Shown piece by piece: positions 1 through 13,169 of a stretch of 64,000 nt of DNA (positions are counted from its first letter, which is position 1; the number at the start of each line of letters is the position of its first letter). The stretch spans positions 5,582,001 through 5,646,000 of the forward strand of contig CM052818.1 in assembly GCA_028534125.1 (NCBI GenBank), given 5' to 3'. The notes beneath the pieces are model-generated. The model was not told where the DNA came from. It saw nothing but the letters and a program-made list of their open reading frames with translations, and made no database searches. The DNA comes from Lama glama. Lineage: Eukaryota. Position numbers and translations under genes: made by a program.

Positions 1-877
1 GAAGGCGAAGGGTGAGTGGGCACTTCTGTGTTCAGGTGTGTTCAGCACTCCTCTCAGGAAGGTGGTAAACAGCTGTTCTTCCTCCTCACTGGAGAGAGGA
101 GAGGAAATGGAATTAACCTGTAGGTAATGATTTAGGTTTACTCCAGAGGGAAAACGTCCTCACATAACGGGTTACTAAGCGCTGAGGCAGCTTGGACAGC
201 CACTAAGAGGAAGTATTTGTTATCTGCTTCCCCTAGAGGGTTCTAAGAATTTACAGACCTTACCTGAATGGAGAGGAAGATAAAAGAGGTGACATAGTGG
301 CACCAATTATTTTCAGGGGGACCCAAACCCATTTCACTATCTTATGGTGAACGAGAACGACTAAATATTTTCTCCTCTGCTCCCCAAACCGAGCGATATG
401 CAATTGCTCTGTTTTTATCCTTACTGCAAGGAGAGTGTTTCAGACTCACATCACATTGACATAGTTGAATTTATACCCTTTCCTCGAGACATAAGAGCAG
501 ATCAGCCAGAATAAGATGCTTTTCTGATTTTCCATTTGTCATACTGGGAAAGCACCAAATCAAGAGGTTTACTTCTATCTCCTTGGAGGGAGAAGCCCAG
601 ACGTCAACTCCGTAAAACTTACGAAAGGCTGCCTTCCACATAGGCTCAGAGCTTCCAGAGAAAACCTTTGGAGAATGAAAATGGTTTCATTATAGAGCCC
701 ACTCAACTAATTTTCTTCACGTTGAACTCTTCCTTCTCAGCGCTTTGCCATCTTAGAGTCCAGGACCAGTTGCAATCAACAGCTGACAGCTGCCTTCATT
801 CACTAGACCTATCTGGACTTTCCGACGGTTCTCATCATGGAACTTGGAAAACTGACACACCACACTCCTACCGGCTA

Positions 878-1100
878 TGAGAGCTTAGACTCTGGTGGGC
901 GAGACACCTGAATTCACAGCCCCATTCACCACTCTCTGGCTGTGCGACCTTGAGCAAGTCATTTCATCGCTCTGTTCCTCCTCTGTAACATGGAACCCAT
1001 CACACATACCCCCCTGGGCTGCCCTGGAGATTAAACCAGCTGCAGGATGGAGGGGACCTTAGCCCAGTGCCTGCCCCACAGAAGGGGTTACAAATGTGAG
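878..1100 (+). mobile_element. MIR SINE, degraded
   Basis: MIR core-like 'ctggctgtgcgaccttgagcaagtcatttcatcgctctgttcctcctctgtaacatgg' followed by 'cttagcccagtgcctg'. Confidence 0.7.
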
Positions 1101-1974
1101 TTGTATCTCCCTTCAAAGCCTAGTCCATCAGGCAAAAATGGTCTGGACAGAAGCCATTTGATGGTTCTGAAATCGAATTCAACATTTGTTACCAAGACAA
1201 TTTTGTGTATACATTTGCCCCTCCATATTTTCTTTCAGGTCAATGCAACTTTGCTTTAATGAGTGCCTCTGAATTTCCACTGACCAAGTAGTGGAAAAAG
1301 CCTGTCTTCACTGGCATATTAATAAACTAAATTGTTTTGGATGCAATTATACAATTAACCCCCAATCTATATATATATATTATATTTTTTAACATGCAGT
1401 GAGAAGAATGGAGAAACAGCTTTGGAGTCAACATTAGTATTCAGATTTCTCTGCTTTATTTAAAAAAGGCAAATGCTAAGCTCCAACTATTTTCAAATGG
1501 GGACTTATTCAGATTATTACTAAAAAAATCAAAACAAATAGCTATCAAATGGGAATAATGTGATCATATGTCTGAAAGCATCATTATGAGGATGAAATGG
1601 GATAATGGGCACAAAATACCCAGCAGAGTTCAGAGTCCATAGTTCGCTGTAATTATTGTTATTATGATGGTTTTGAGGACGTGATGATGAAAGTCCTCTT
1701 CAGGTCTAAAATTCGATGCTTAGAAGTAATTTAATCCTCAGGAAAGCCTGTCTCATTCTTTCACTCTACACATACCACCTTCCTAGACAAAGAACATTTA
1801 GGACCTGTGTGACCACATCCACAGCCAATTTTCACTTGTGCCATAGTGTCTTTCTTTTTAATGAAGTTGGAGGAGTGGGATTTTATGGAAAATCTCTAAA
1901 CACGTTCCTTTTAAATTGATTTATGTAATCCATATTTGCCTCCCCAGTCTATAATGTGGAAGTATTATGGGATC

Positions 1975-2125
1975 ATAGTCATTTGGAACTTCGGGGTCAT
2001 CTAATCCACTCTTGTTATTTTGAAGATGAGGGAACTGAGATTCAAAAATCTTAGGTGACATTCCAAAGCCCCCAAACAAACACCGTCAAATCAGGAACCC
2101 AAATTTCTTCCTTCCCATCCCAGCA
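1975..2125 (-). mobile_element. MIR/MIR3 SINE fragment
   Basis: 'gtcatctaatccactcttgttattttgaagatgagggaactgagatt...aggtgac' matches the reverse MIR core. Confidence 0.55.
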
Positions 2126-2221
2126 GATAGGGAGCTAAGAAAAACCCTAATGGATTTGGGATATTTGTTGCATGGAGAGTATGTTTGTTTTGATTTTCAT
2201 ATCCCCAGAATTCCATTATTT

Positions 2222-2740
2222 GCAAGTGTCAGAAACCAAACTTTAAGAAACTTCAGCAGAACAGGGTTCCGTTGGTTCATATAACACAGCCCCAGGCTGC
2301 AGAGAGATGCTAGACACAAGAGACTTGAAGGTCTGGACTTGTTATTGGTCTCTTGACTTTTTTTTTTTTTTTTTGGTGTGTTGACTTCATTTTCTCAGGG
2401 TTGATCTTCTCTATAAGCTGCCCTAACACAGGTAGAACACCATACCCATGAAGGCTTTGTTTTTGTAAACACAATGGCAATTCACACCCAGTAGCGTAAC
2501 TAGAGGCTTCCTTCTGATGCAGCAAGAATTCTGAAGGGGAGCAGACTGAGGCTGGGACAGCCACTTGAGGCATTCTCAATGAATGGAGCTTTCATCGGGA
2601 CAGTAATTTTCTAGAAGTTCCCACTGGTAGACTTTCATTTACATCACACTGGCTAGGAATAGGGGACAAGAACACTTTTGGTTCCAGGACAGTGTGAGGA
2701 GATGGGTACTTTCAACTGGGCACAGTCCCACTCTTAAAAA
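2222..2740 (-). mobile_element. Old MaLR LTR (MLT1J/K/L-like), degraded
   Basis: 'gcaagtgtcagaaaccaaact...ttggttcatataac' and 'agactttcatttacatcacactggctaggaat' resemble antisense MLT1 motifs; similar to the copy at 40.5-41.1 kb. Confidence 0.4.
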
Positions 2741-4596
2741 GGCAGGGCTTTGTTCATAAGGAAACAGGCGAGAACAGACATTGGGTAGGCAACTTGCTTG
2801 CCACAGGACATGCCTCTATTTCCAACTAGACAAATCCTAAGAAGGGCCCTGAGTTGACTCTCGGGGGCCCCACGGCCACCCCTGTGGCCAGGATAGCAAG
2901 AGAGCGTGTTCACAGCCCCAACGAGAACCACACAAGGTTCAGAGAAGAAGATTCCAGCATAAGGAGGTGTTCCTGTTGCCCAACGGAAGAACAGGGTGCA
3001 CGGCAGAGAAAACAGTGGAAACCGTGAAAGTCCTAACTGTACGAAGTGTAACTATAATGCAAACACTTGCTCAGTGTGGAAAGTGCAGATCACAGCTGTG
3101 AATTTTGAAAAGCCCCAAGAATTTCCTCTGATGAAGTTCAGAACGTACCCCCCAAAAGCCACAGGGAAACCTGTAGCAAAAGACCGATTCCAAATATGAT
3201 ATGTGAGATTGCATACCCATTTGTCAGGTGCATCCTTTTATAGCCTACGGGTGAGTAATAGGTCAAGGCTAGGTGTCTGCTGCCTCATCCAGTGATATTA
3301 TCTTCAATCATGTTAATTAAATTAATATGACCTGTGCTAATGAAAACCGCAAAAAAACCTATTTTGGTTTCTCCTTGCACATCCATTTGGATAATTTAGT
3401 CCTGTCAAGACTTGTGTGCCTCTCGGTACCAGATTCAATGCTTATAATATCAGGGTAATTTTAAGCATTTCCTACACAAAACCAACAAAGAAAATGACTC
3501 ATGAATTAAATTTCATTTCGGTTGAGCAGCAAACCAAATCAACGATTAGAGATTGATGCTGACTTCAGTGGCGCTTCTGGTCCTGTCCCTCCGTCTCTCT
3601 TTCTTAACATATATTCTTCTCTGACATGTTTTCTAAATGATTAGCCACCTGAGAAAATATTTAAATGACCAAATCATAAGGTAAAAAAATTTATGACTGG
3701 AATTACATTAAACAAAATTCAATGCTATGCCTATGGAAATTAGAAGCATTCAGATTGCATTTTAGCCGTTAAAATGTGCCTTAAAATATCTAGTTTCTGT
3801 TTGCCACAGCATGATTTTTTTTTTTTTTTGCCGCTTCATGTGATGGTAGATTCTCAGAGTAACCAAGCAAAAACAAATGACTTAGTCCTTGGTTCAGAGA
3901 AATAATGGGTTACGAGCATAATTAATTTTATGTTTAATTACTGTAGAATGAAACAATTCAACAATCTCCAATCAATCCTTAGAATGACAGACCAGAAGGT
4001 CAGCAGTTGCTAAGTCAATTGTTTTGAAAGAGAAATTTATGTCAGGTTCTCTTTTATGTGCTATGGAAAGAAATTGGATAAAAGTGGTCAAGCAAACATT
4101 AATTAATTGTATAAATGTAATCTGGTTGTCACGCTAAATCATACAGCCAGGAGATACAGTTCTCAGAATGGTGGGCATGCATCCACTGCAAATTTCAGTG
4201 ACATACTCAACCCCACTCCACGGCCAAGCCAGACACAATCAAAAGCCTGGGGGTCAAATATTAACAGCTCTAGAGTTAGTTTCTTAAAGTTTGTATTGAC
4301 AACCCCGTTGGAAAGGAGTTGATGGTTCCAGTCCATTTCCTCCCACATCCCCCCACGGCATGGGGAGCTGAGACTCACTGAGCCCCCCAACCCTACTCCT
4401 CTTGCCACCCCATTAATAATAGCAAGAAATGATTTCACAAGGCAGTTCTGATCCCAGCACTGATCATATTTGGGAGCTCATGTACACAACACAGGATCCA
4501 GAAGGTGGTCCCCGTTACCTTTCCACGTTCAAAAAAGTTAATTTCCCAAGATTTCTGCCTGGCTATTGGTTTTTCCAGCATTTAAAGTCATTTAGT

Positions 4597-4690
4597 GGGG
4601 GGAACAGCTCAGTGGTAAAGTGCATGCTTAGCCTGCATGAGGTCCTGGGCTCCATCCCTAGAACCTCCATTAAAAAAAAAAAAAAAGAAG
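4597..4690 (+). mobile_element. tRNA-Ala-derived SINE (Vic-1-like), short-tail form
   Basis: A box 'agctcagtggta', 'cttagc' anticodon loop, degenerate B box, poly(A) tail; degenerate TSD 'aaagtcatttag'/'aaggcatttag'. Confidence 0.85.
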
Positions 4691-6559
4691 AAATGATAAG
4701 GCATTTAGATACTCTGCTCATTTGACTTAACACCCAGTTTCCCCTCTGCCGTGACTGAGGTCCCTAACATCAGTGTGACCCTGTACTGGCCCCAGGACCA
4801 TCACTTCTGCTTCTATGAGAACTCTTTTGGGAGATGGCCCCAAACACTCTATTTCATTTCTTCTCAGCAGCCTCTTTCTGAAGCTAGAGTGCTACGAAGA
4901 AGCCATCACTCTGCCCGCATGAAGGTGAAAAGAGCACGCCTGCGTCCCTGGAGAATTTTCGGTGAAAAGGCTGGGGGTCACTTTCCCACTCGACCTACCA
5001 ACTCCTTGAAGACGGCTCTGAGAAACCCAGGCATGAAGTGATCGTGCTTTCCGTATTTAGGATGTTACTGAAAACGGAGAAGAGTTTGTGGCTGTTTAAT
5101 GAATGGGACTAAGCGAAACGTGGAACAAGCTCATTCGTGGAGATTAAAATCGGTACGGCATGGAAATTTCCCTTGGGGTAGTTGAATACTGAAGGGTAGT
5201 GAGGGAGGCAGGGAGGGTGCAGGAAATGTTCTGATTTTTGAGCTGGAGCTGGTTGTATAGGTACATTCAGTGTGTTAAAATTCACTTGGTTTATGATTCA
5301 TGTATTTTTCTGTATACAGGTAGACTGCCAGAAAAGGGTAATTGAAAATAGAAATTAAAAGGGAAAGCCCTTGCCCCCACGGGCCTTGGTGTCCAGAAGT
5401 CTGGGAAAAATGTTTCTCCAAGAGGATCTTGGATTCATTATAGAAAACTGTGTGGATGCGTCTGATTTTTCATGAATCAGTCGAGGTTCTCTGCACATGC
5501 TGAACCAATATTCTAGAGCTGCTGCCCCATTCCACTGGGCGGATGTGGGCCGTGAGCAAATGTTGCCCATCTGTTAACTAACAGTAGCAATGTCATGCTT
5601 TGAAGCTGTATCTTAAACACAGAATTTTCACTTGAGAAGCCGGAATAACCTTAAACTACATGAAAAGTGTGCATAGTGTACCGAGACTGAGCGAACAACC
5701 AGTCGAAACACCTTGGAATGAAAAAAATCACCTTGACATTATCACCGGTGGCATTCTCAGTGGGCCTGAACAGGTGGGGAGCCATCACGACCACACTCAC
5801 CCGTGGTAACAGCACTGCCACCCTGGTGTCCAAAACTCCCACAATGTTGAAGCAGTTGCTTTTCTTGGGCCGCCAGATATTTTCCAACAGGAAAATTCAG
5901 CTCCTTTTCACATCCTTAAATACAAAGAAACACTGTGACTACAAATTTAGTTATCTTCAGAATAATGTACGAATTCTTTCTCCCAGTATTAAGGCTGCTT
6001 TCTGTAGCAAAATCGTCTGTTTACAGCAACCTTCCTCTCAGACGGAGCGACTACCAGGCTGATACCCGCGGTGCCTGGACTTTGAAAGCATTATCTCTGA
6101 TAGCAGAACTGGCTGATGCTCTGAATGGAAAGTCGACGCGCTCTAAATAAATCCAACCAAAACCAGGAATAGAAATGCGAAAGCCGGCAGGATTAAAACC
6201 ATTAAATTATAGTCCTCAAAAAGGCACTTTCATCAGCTACTGATATTTTTGAGTATATTCAGTTTAATGTTTGTTGATTTATCCAAAGATATCCCAGCCC
6301 TTGTGTTATAAGGTCTTTGGGACCATATATCTAATTTCTCAACCATACAAATACTGAGTTTTAGAACCTTCGTTAAAAAAACTACACCCCTTTGTTATGG
6401 ATTATGCATAGATGGGTATGTACAGTGTAGCATAATATTGTATCACTCAGTGTTACATTTCATTGGGAAGTAAGAAGCCATCAACTATAAGGAGCATTAT
6501 TATTTTACATACTATCTCTAAGAAAGGAAAAAAATACGTCTAATTTTTAAAATTTCAAA

Positions 6560-6635
6560 GGGAAGGGCATGGCTTAGTGGTAGAGTGCGTGTTTAGCACG
6601 CACGAGGTCCTGGGTTCAATCCTTAGTGTCTCCGT

Positions 6636-6672
<37 letters not shown>

Positions 6673-6717
6673 ACCTAATTACCTACCCCTCCCACCAAAA
6701 AACAGAAAAAAATAAAA
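6560..6717 (+). mobile_element. tRNA-Ala-derived SINE (Vic-1-like) with (TAAA)n and 'cctaattacc' tail
   Basis: 'ggcttagtggtagagtgcgtgtttagcacgcacgaggtcctgggttcaatcc', (TAAA)n array, C-rich linker, A-rich tail. Confidence 0.9.
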
Positions 6718-7899
6718 TGCAGTAAGAGAAATTTTTTTAAAAATTCATGACATCTCTTGTAAGCTACAGCTTTACTTCGGATACTAAAAGGGGCAAAATA
6801 TGTCTTAGATGTAATGAAATATGTCTTTTTTCTACTATCAAGAAGACTAGAGGAACAAAATTCTAGCTAATTTTAAAATTCAATAGAAATCACCAGTGGA
6901 CAAGGGTTTGGGGGAACTTTGTTTTTAAATACATTGTATTGATTATAAGCCTTTTTATGATTTAATGTGAGAGAAGATAAGATTGTTTTGCTACTTGAAA
7001 AACAAAGTTACTGTCTTCTATAAAGTGACTATAAAAGGTCACAGCTCCCCTCTTCTATTTTCTGCAAGAGTTTTTGCAGAAAAACTGCTAATGAAAATAT
7101 GACATAAAATCGAGTCCGTAAAATTCACACAAACTGTAACCCCCGAAATGCAGCTTCTCCGTGTTTCCCTTAAGTATAACTCTAAAGCAATTATACAGCC
7201 CCTTTACAAAACCGTAGATACGTGTAATTATACATGAAACGTGCACTTGTGACACTGAATTCAATCACATTCCCTTAAACTTGATCTTTGAATGTCCATG
7301 GCAGTAATAAAATCATCATTTGCGATCAGTGAATGTTCTTTGAAATTAATTCTTCTTTCTACTTTTAATTGTAACACATTTTGCTTTCAAGAGAATAAGT
7401 AGAAGTCTAAATTAGAAGAAAACTCAATTACCTGAAACTTATAATTCATTCTAAACATACCGCTGAAAAACTTTGCTTCAAGCAGTTCATGATTCTTTTC
7501 TCTTTCTGCGTAGGGCTGGAATCAATCCTCTACACTGAGATTTTAATCCTACAACTACTTTGAAACCTTAGAATAAAACATATGATAGCTCCATGAGATT
7601 GAAATTTTTTACATTGTGAATTAATAATAATATTTCCCCACATCCATCAATTTAAATATGGTAAATTGGGAAAGAGATTGAAATACTTCAGGAAAAAATG
7701 ACCACTAAGATAGTTTACATATTTTATAAGCAGAATGTATTAGAACTACTTGGGGACAAAACATTACTAACACTTTATCACTAGTCCTTTTAAATCACTG
7801 TGGATCAAAGGCCTTGTGTTTTCATTTTTACTGGTAAAATTCTGTATAAATGCTTAACAAACTAAATGCAAGGTGTAAATTTTGATTAAATTCTGCACA

Positions 7900-8670
7900 T
7901 TGAAAAGACAGCTTTAAAAACATTTTGGGGACAGTTGGGGAAACGGAAATATAAACTATATGTTAGAAAAATATCATGTGATATTACTTATATGTGGAAT
8001 CTAAAAAAATGAAACAAATGAACTTATTTGCAAAACAGAAGCAGATTCACAGACATAGAAAACAAACTTGTGGTTACTAGGGGGAAGGGTGGGGTGGAGG
8101 GATAAATTGGAAGTTCAGGATTTGCAGATACTAACCACTATCTATAAAATAGATAAACAACAAGTTTATACTGTATAGTACAGAGAACTATATTCAATAC
8201 CTTCTAATAGCCTATAATGAAAAAGAATATGAAAAGGAATCTATGTATGTATAACTGAATCACTATGCTGTACACCAGAAATGAACACAGCATTGCAAAC
8301 TGACCACACTTAAGTTGAATAAATAAATAAATAAAAATAAACAATCAAAAAATTAAAACTATATATTAGATGATATTATCAAATTGTTAATTTTCTTAGA
8401 TGTGTGATAATGGTATTTTAGTTATACAGGAGAATGTCCTAATTCTTAAGGGATACACACTGAAGTATTTAGGAGTGAAGTGTCATGATGTCTGTAATTT
8501 ACTCTAAAATAGTACAAACACACACACACACACAGAGGAGAGAGTGCACAAATGTGACAAGATGTTAACAGCTGATGAATCCAGGTGACAGTGTACAGAT
8601 ATTCATGGTGCTATATTTTCTATTTTTCTACAGGTTTGAAATTTTTTTCAAAATGAGAAGTGGAGGGGAA
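7900..8670 (+). mobile_element. Old L1 3' region (L1MC/L1ME-like), interrupted by a younger L1
   Basis: 'acattttggggacagttgggg...ttagatgatattatc...ctgaagtatttaggagtgaagtgtcatgatgtctg' and 'gtttgaaatttttttcaaaat'; homologous to 43.6-44.7 kb. Confidence 0.7.
7968..8355 (+). mobile_element. Younger L1, 5'-truncated (end of ORF2, 3'UTR, A tail)
   Basis: 'atatgtggaatctaaaaaa...caccagaaatgaacacagcattgcaaactgac'; TSD aaactatatgttaga (7953-7967) / aaactatatattaga (8356-8370). Confidence 0.9.
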
Positions 8671-9317
8671 CTTGTTTAAGTTCATGGAAAGGCTCTTCAT
8701 CTGAACAGCACTGAATACACACACTCTTTACCCTTTCCTTCCAGTACAATAGTTGATTTTAGTATGTGCTACTCTGGTGTTTCAATAAAACACTTCTGGA
8801 AGAATGGCAGGTCAGCAGGCCTTGTTTTAAGTTTATTAAGTGACCGTCTACTTTCAATGACAAAAGAAACTGTAACCAAGGCCTGTTTTAGAGCGATGAT
8901 TGTCAGCTCGCATGGTCAATATGTCATGCAGGGTACACTTCATTAAGGAAGGAATTACTTCACTTGTAATCTGAGCTAAATGAATGTCAGTGTCAGGCTG
9001 CATAAATCATAGATTAAAATGTATCACTCAGTGCAATCAGATAGGCAGCATCACCCTTTGCCCTCCAGAAACAACCCCAAATCGGGGCTTATCTGATACA
9101 AGTAGCAAATAGAAAGTCTCTTTGGTCCCACAAAGAAGCCACTTGCCTGCCACTAAAAGGCCTGCAGGGACTACGTGTAATACGTACATGTCTCACTGAC
9201 ACACTTTCCTCTCTGGCAAGACTGAAAATTAAAACTCCACCCTGTCCAAGGGTTTGTGAGCTAAGGTAGCAAACCCTCTAGGTTGATATCCCACGTAGTA
9301 ACAAGAGAAACAACTGA

Positions 9318-9435
9318 GGGGTGGGTAGAGCTCAGTGGTAGAGCGTGTGCTTAGCACGCATGAGGTCCTGGGTTCAATCCCCAGTACCTCCATCCAAAAA
9401 AAATCCCAAAAGCAAAAACAAACAAGCCCAATTTT
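9318..9435 (+). mobile_element. tRNA-Ala-derived SINE (Vic-1-like), 5' half of a SINE-L1 composite
   Basis: 'agctcagtggtagagcgtgtgcttagcacgcatgaggtcctgggttcaatccccagtacctcca' then A-rich tail. Confidence 0.9.
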
Positions 9436-9443
9436 AATTAAGT

Positions 9444-9664
9444 GATGTATGTAGAATAGATGAACAAATTCACGCTGTATATAGTGCAGGGAACTATATT
9501 CAATATCTTGTAGTAACTTACGGTAAAAAAGAATATGAAAATGAGTATATGTATGTCCCTGTGTGACTGAAGCATTGTGCTGTACACCAGAAATTGACAC
9601 AATACTGTAAACTGACTATACTTCAATAAAAATTATATATATACAAAAAGAAAAAAAGAGAGAG
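9444..9664 (+). mobile_element. Younger L1 3'UTR end, 3' half of a SINE-L1 composite
   Basis: 'gggaactatattcaatatcttgtagtaac...caccagaaattgacacaatactgtaaactgactatacttcaataaaa' plus A/AG tail. Confidence 0.9.
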
Positions 9665-9994
9665 AGAGAAACAACTGAAAACACCCTGCAAAGGGTAAAT
9701 AGTAGAAAGTATATTATTTTGGCAAAATTCCTCCTGTGTCCTATGCATTAAAAAAGCAAGTTTTCTGTCAAAGATGCTCTCCAAAGACAAGGCACAGTTT
9801 ACATGAAACACATCTAATTGTAATGCACTTATTCTCAGTCAAGTCAACAAAATGCATCTCTGTTCCGATTGTTCTAAACAGGGCAAATGGATTCAGGACC
9901 ACGTTTACCTAAGCAGGTACCCACGGACCATGCTGACGGTTTTGAATGTGGGAGGGGTTTGGTAAAGTGGGCAGAGAGCTAACTCCAGCATCAG

Positions 9995-10195
9995 ATAAGA
10001 AACGAATTTCCACCCTGGTGCTTCCACTTTCTGCCTGTGTAAGTTTGAGCAAGTCCATTAATGTTTCTCAACCTCAGTTTCTTCATCTACAAAAATAGGT
10101 ATAATAACGGCCACTCCTCCAGATTGTTATCATGATTAGGAATAATATAAGAAAAACACCTTGGAAGGGCCTGACACTTACCAAGTAGACAAAAA
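9995..10195 (+). mobile_element. MIR SINE
   Basis: 'tgtgtaagtttgagcaagtccattaatgtttctcaacctcagtttcttcatctacaaaaatagg'. Confidence 0.75.
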
Positions 10196-10868
10196 AGGGG
10201 AATTGCAAATTGTAAAACAGCAGTAGGTTTTAGTTTTCAAAGATATGAATGGTTTTTAATTGAGTAGATCACTCTGGTCTGGAGTGAACAGCTCAGTGCA
10301 CAGATTAGTGAGTTTGAAATATTTAAAGAGGCCCATTTTGCACAACCCCAAGGGAGGTTGAAATCTGGCTTATTCCTACAACATCTCATCACAGCTCAGG
10401 GGAAATTCGGGTTTTCCAACCGGGAGGAACAGCAGATAACGGTCTAATACCTGCTTGGTTTCATTTCACGGACCACCAGTCTCTAAATGAACTTTGGTCG
10501 CAGAGGAACAGCTACTTTGCATTTCTCAGGAGTCCAGATGGGGAAGGGATCCCACAGTCACTTCCAGGGGTGGGGGTCAATCTGACAGAGAAGTTCCATG
10601 AAGCACAGTGCTCCCCACCCAGAATGCTTCTAGAAGGACTTAGAAATTTACTAGGTAAGACTTTTTGTTCTGTGGCCCTAATCCACCTGTGGAATCCCAT
10701 CCTACGTTCACAGCATTTCACTATGAAATGACTTTTCCTGAAGGAACGTATCAGCCAAAGTAAAACAAGTTGAATCTTCTAGAACACCAAGGCCAAAGTG
10801 GTTTTGTTTTGTATTGAGTTCCTTTCCCCAATATCTGGCTTCTTCCATCTGTAGACATGTGGAAATGA

Positions 10869-11266
10869 TTTTTTTTAATGTTTAATTTTTATATAGGTTT
10901 TAAAGGTTACACTCCATTTACAGTTATTACAAAATATTGGCTATATGCCCCATGTTCCAATACATCCTTGTAGCCTGTCTTACACCCAGTAGTTTATGGC
11001 TTTCACTCCCCTATCCCTGCGTTACCCTGCCACCTCTCCCCACTGGTAACCACTAGTTTGTTCTCTACATCTGTGAGTCTGCTTCTTTTTTGTTGTTGTT
11101 GTATTCACTAGTTTGTTGTACTTTTTTAGATTCCACATACAAGTGATATCATATAGTATTTGTCTTTCTCTGTCTGACTTATTTCACTTAGCATCATGCC
11201 CTCCAAGTCCATCCATGTTGCTGCAAATGGCAAAAGTTCATTCTTTTCCTGGCTGAGTAGTACTCC

Positions 11267-11313
<47 letters not shown>

Positions 11314-11566
11314 CCACAACCTCTTTATGCATTCATCTGTTGACGGACACAGGTTGCTTCCATATCTTTGCAATTGTAAGTAATACTGCTAAGAACTATG
11401 AGGTGCCTGCATCTTTTCAAATGCGTGTCTTCATTTTCTTTGATTAGATACCCAGGAGTGGAATTTCTGAGGCATATGGCAGTTCTGTTTTGAGTATTTT
11501 AAGGAAACTCCATATTGTTTTCCACAGTGGCTGCACCAATTTACATTCCCACCAACAGCGTAGGAG
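10869..11566 (-). mobile_element. L1 3' fragment (ORF2 C-terminus and 3'UTR), intermediate-age family
   Basis: Minus-strand translations '[14 protein letters not shown]...[13 protein letters not shown]' and 'PFAATWMDLEGMMLSEISQTEKDKYYMISLVCGI' are L1 ORF2p C-terminal motifs; same 3' end type as 19385-19700. Confidence 0.92.
11269..11310. repeat. (TG)21 microsatellite inside L1
   Basis: Perfect dinucleotide run read directly. Confidence 0.95.
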
Positions 11567-13169
11567 ATAGAAATGATGTCTTTGAAATGTGACCTTTGCT
11601 CTCTTGGCAGAGGGATAGGATTGGGTGAAAAGAACCCAGTCCAGGACTGGATACATGGTGGGTGCTGTTTGCAAACAGAGCAGGAAACTCTGCCCATTGA
11701 CTTTCCTTCAGCTTTAAAGCCAAACGAAAAAATAGTCATTATCATCTAACAAATGAAGAGCTATCTGAAGAGCATCATTTAGGAAAGCACTCTGGCCGTA
11801 CCTGTTTACCTTTTCAATGTTAGTGGAAACAATCCTTAGGTTGGCTGGAAGGTCAGGGCGGCAGCTAACAGAATCAGCAAGCGAATTTAAAATAAAGACA
11901 TGTCCTCCCCCTGCATAAGGAATTGTCAGTTTGCCCTCTCCTTTAGTCACAGCCTGCATGAGAATTTCTTTTGATTTTTCAAAAGTGAAAGTTGGAGCAA
12001 ATAAGATGTGAATATTGGAGGCTGAGATCCGCTAGATGTGTTTTTTAAACAGCTCTTTAGATGGGGGAATACAGCGGCGTGATTAAGAGGTGCATACCTT
12101 GATCATCTGTCATCTGCTTGTCTTTAAGCCCTGAGGGGTAGTTTGTGCCAGATCCGGAAAGAAGTATGCCCCAGGAGACTGAGGACAGCACCACCTGGTA
12201 ATCAAAAAAGAGAAATGAACATGGCATTGAAGAGACTTAAAGAGGCGGGCGCAGAACTCATTTGTTTATCCCCGAATATAAATTTCCTCCCAGATCTCGT
12301 TCATGTCTGCTATCCTTCTCCTTAGCTGGAAAAGAAATTGCATCATTTCTCTTCCTCTGCCTTTACATCTCCATCCTTATAGGGTGCCCTTTGCCTCCTC
12401 ACGCATATGGGATGTCAGCATTACCCACCGCTCTGGACCGCGGCATGGTTGGGGGGAGATGCGGTCCCTAGTTCAGGTGGCTTATGTAGATCTTCCTGGG
12501 ACCAAGGGCTCTTCTCACAGGATGTGAGCTACAGGACCACGGGAACCCAGGGAAGGCAGATGCGGACGGGCCTGGACAGAGTTTGAGAGGTTTGATCTCA
12601 GCTGCAGAAGGCCCTGACCCCAAGCCAGTTCCTGCCACCCCATTCCAGACGGGGAGGAGGCTGAAACGGCTCGGCAAGCCACCCTCCTGCGTTCGAGTCC
12701 AGCTGCTCCTGACGGGACACCCACTGTACTTTGCTGCATGTACTCTTTGCAAACTGGCTAGAATTCTGCCTTTCCTTTTGTATTTTACATTTTGTAAAGT
12801 GAAGTTTTCTTCCACCTCCACCCCCTCCAGTGCAATAGCAGGGCAGTCTTAACAAATACTTTAGCAATGAATATATAAATTACAGAAGTCTTTAAGAAAA
12901 AGGATTATAGCAGCATTTATTTCAAAACCTGTGTTCCACAGCATTAATTAGGTTGACATAGTACCATGTATTTGTTTCAGAAGGTAAAAACTTAGAAGTT
13001 TTGAAATCAAAGAACACCCCCCTCCGCCCCCAGGCTTCATTTCTCAGCCAAAATCTGAAATTTGGCAAGCGGTGAAAATGTTTGAATATTAGAAGTTTAA
13101 TGATACAGAGAACAAAAACCAAATATAATTTTATTGCAACAACTAATTTGTATTTATTTATTATAAAAG

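Noticed and set aside
9318..9392. tRNA-Ala(AGC)-like sequences here and at the seven other SINE heads
   Set aside because: A-rich tails, TSDs, scattered mismatches and an altered 5' end show these are SINE copies, not tRNA genes.
11636..11650. Palindrome ccagtcc-a-ggactgg
   Set aside because: 7-bp arms are expected by chance in 64 kb, and there is no supporting context.
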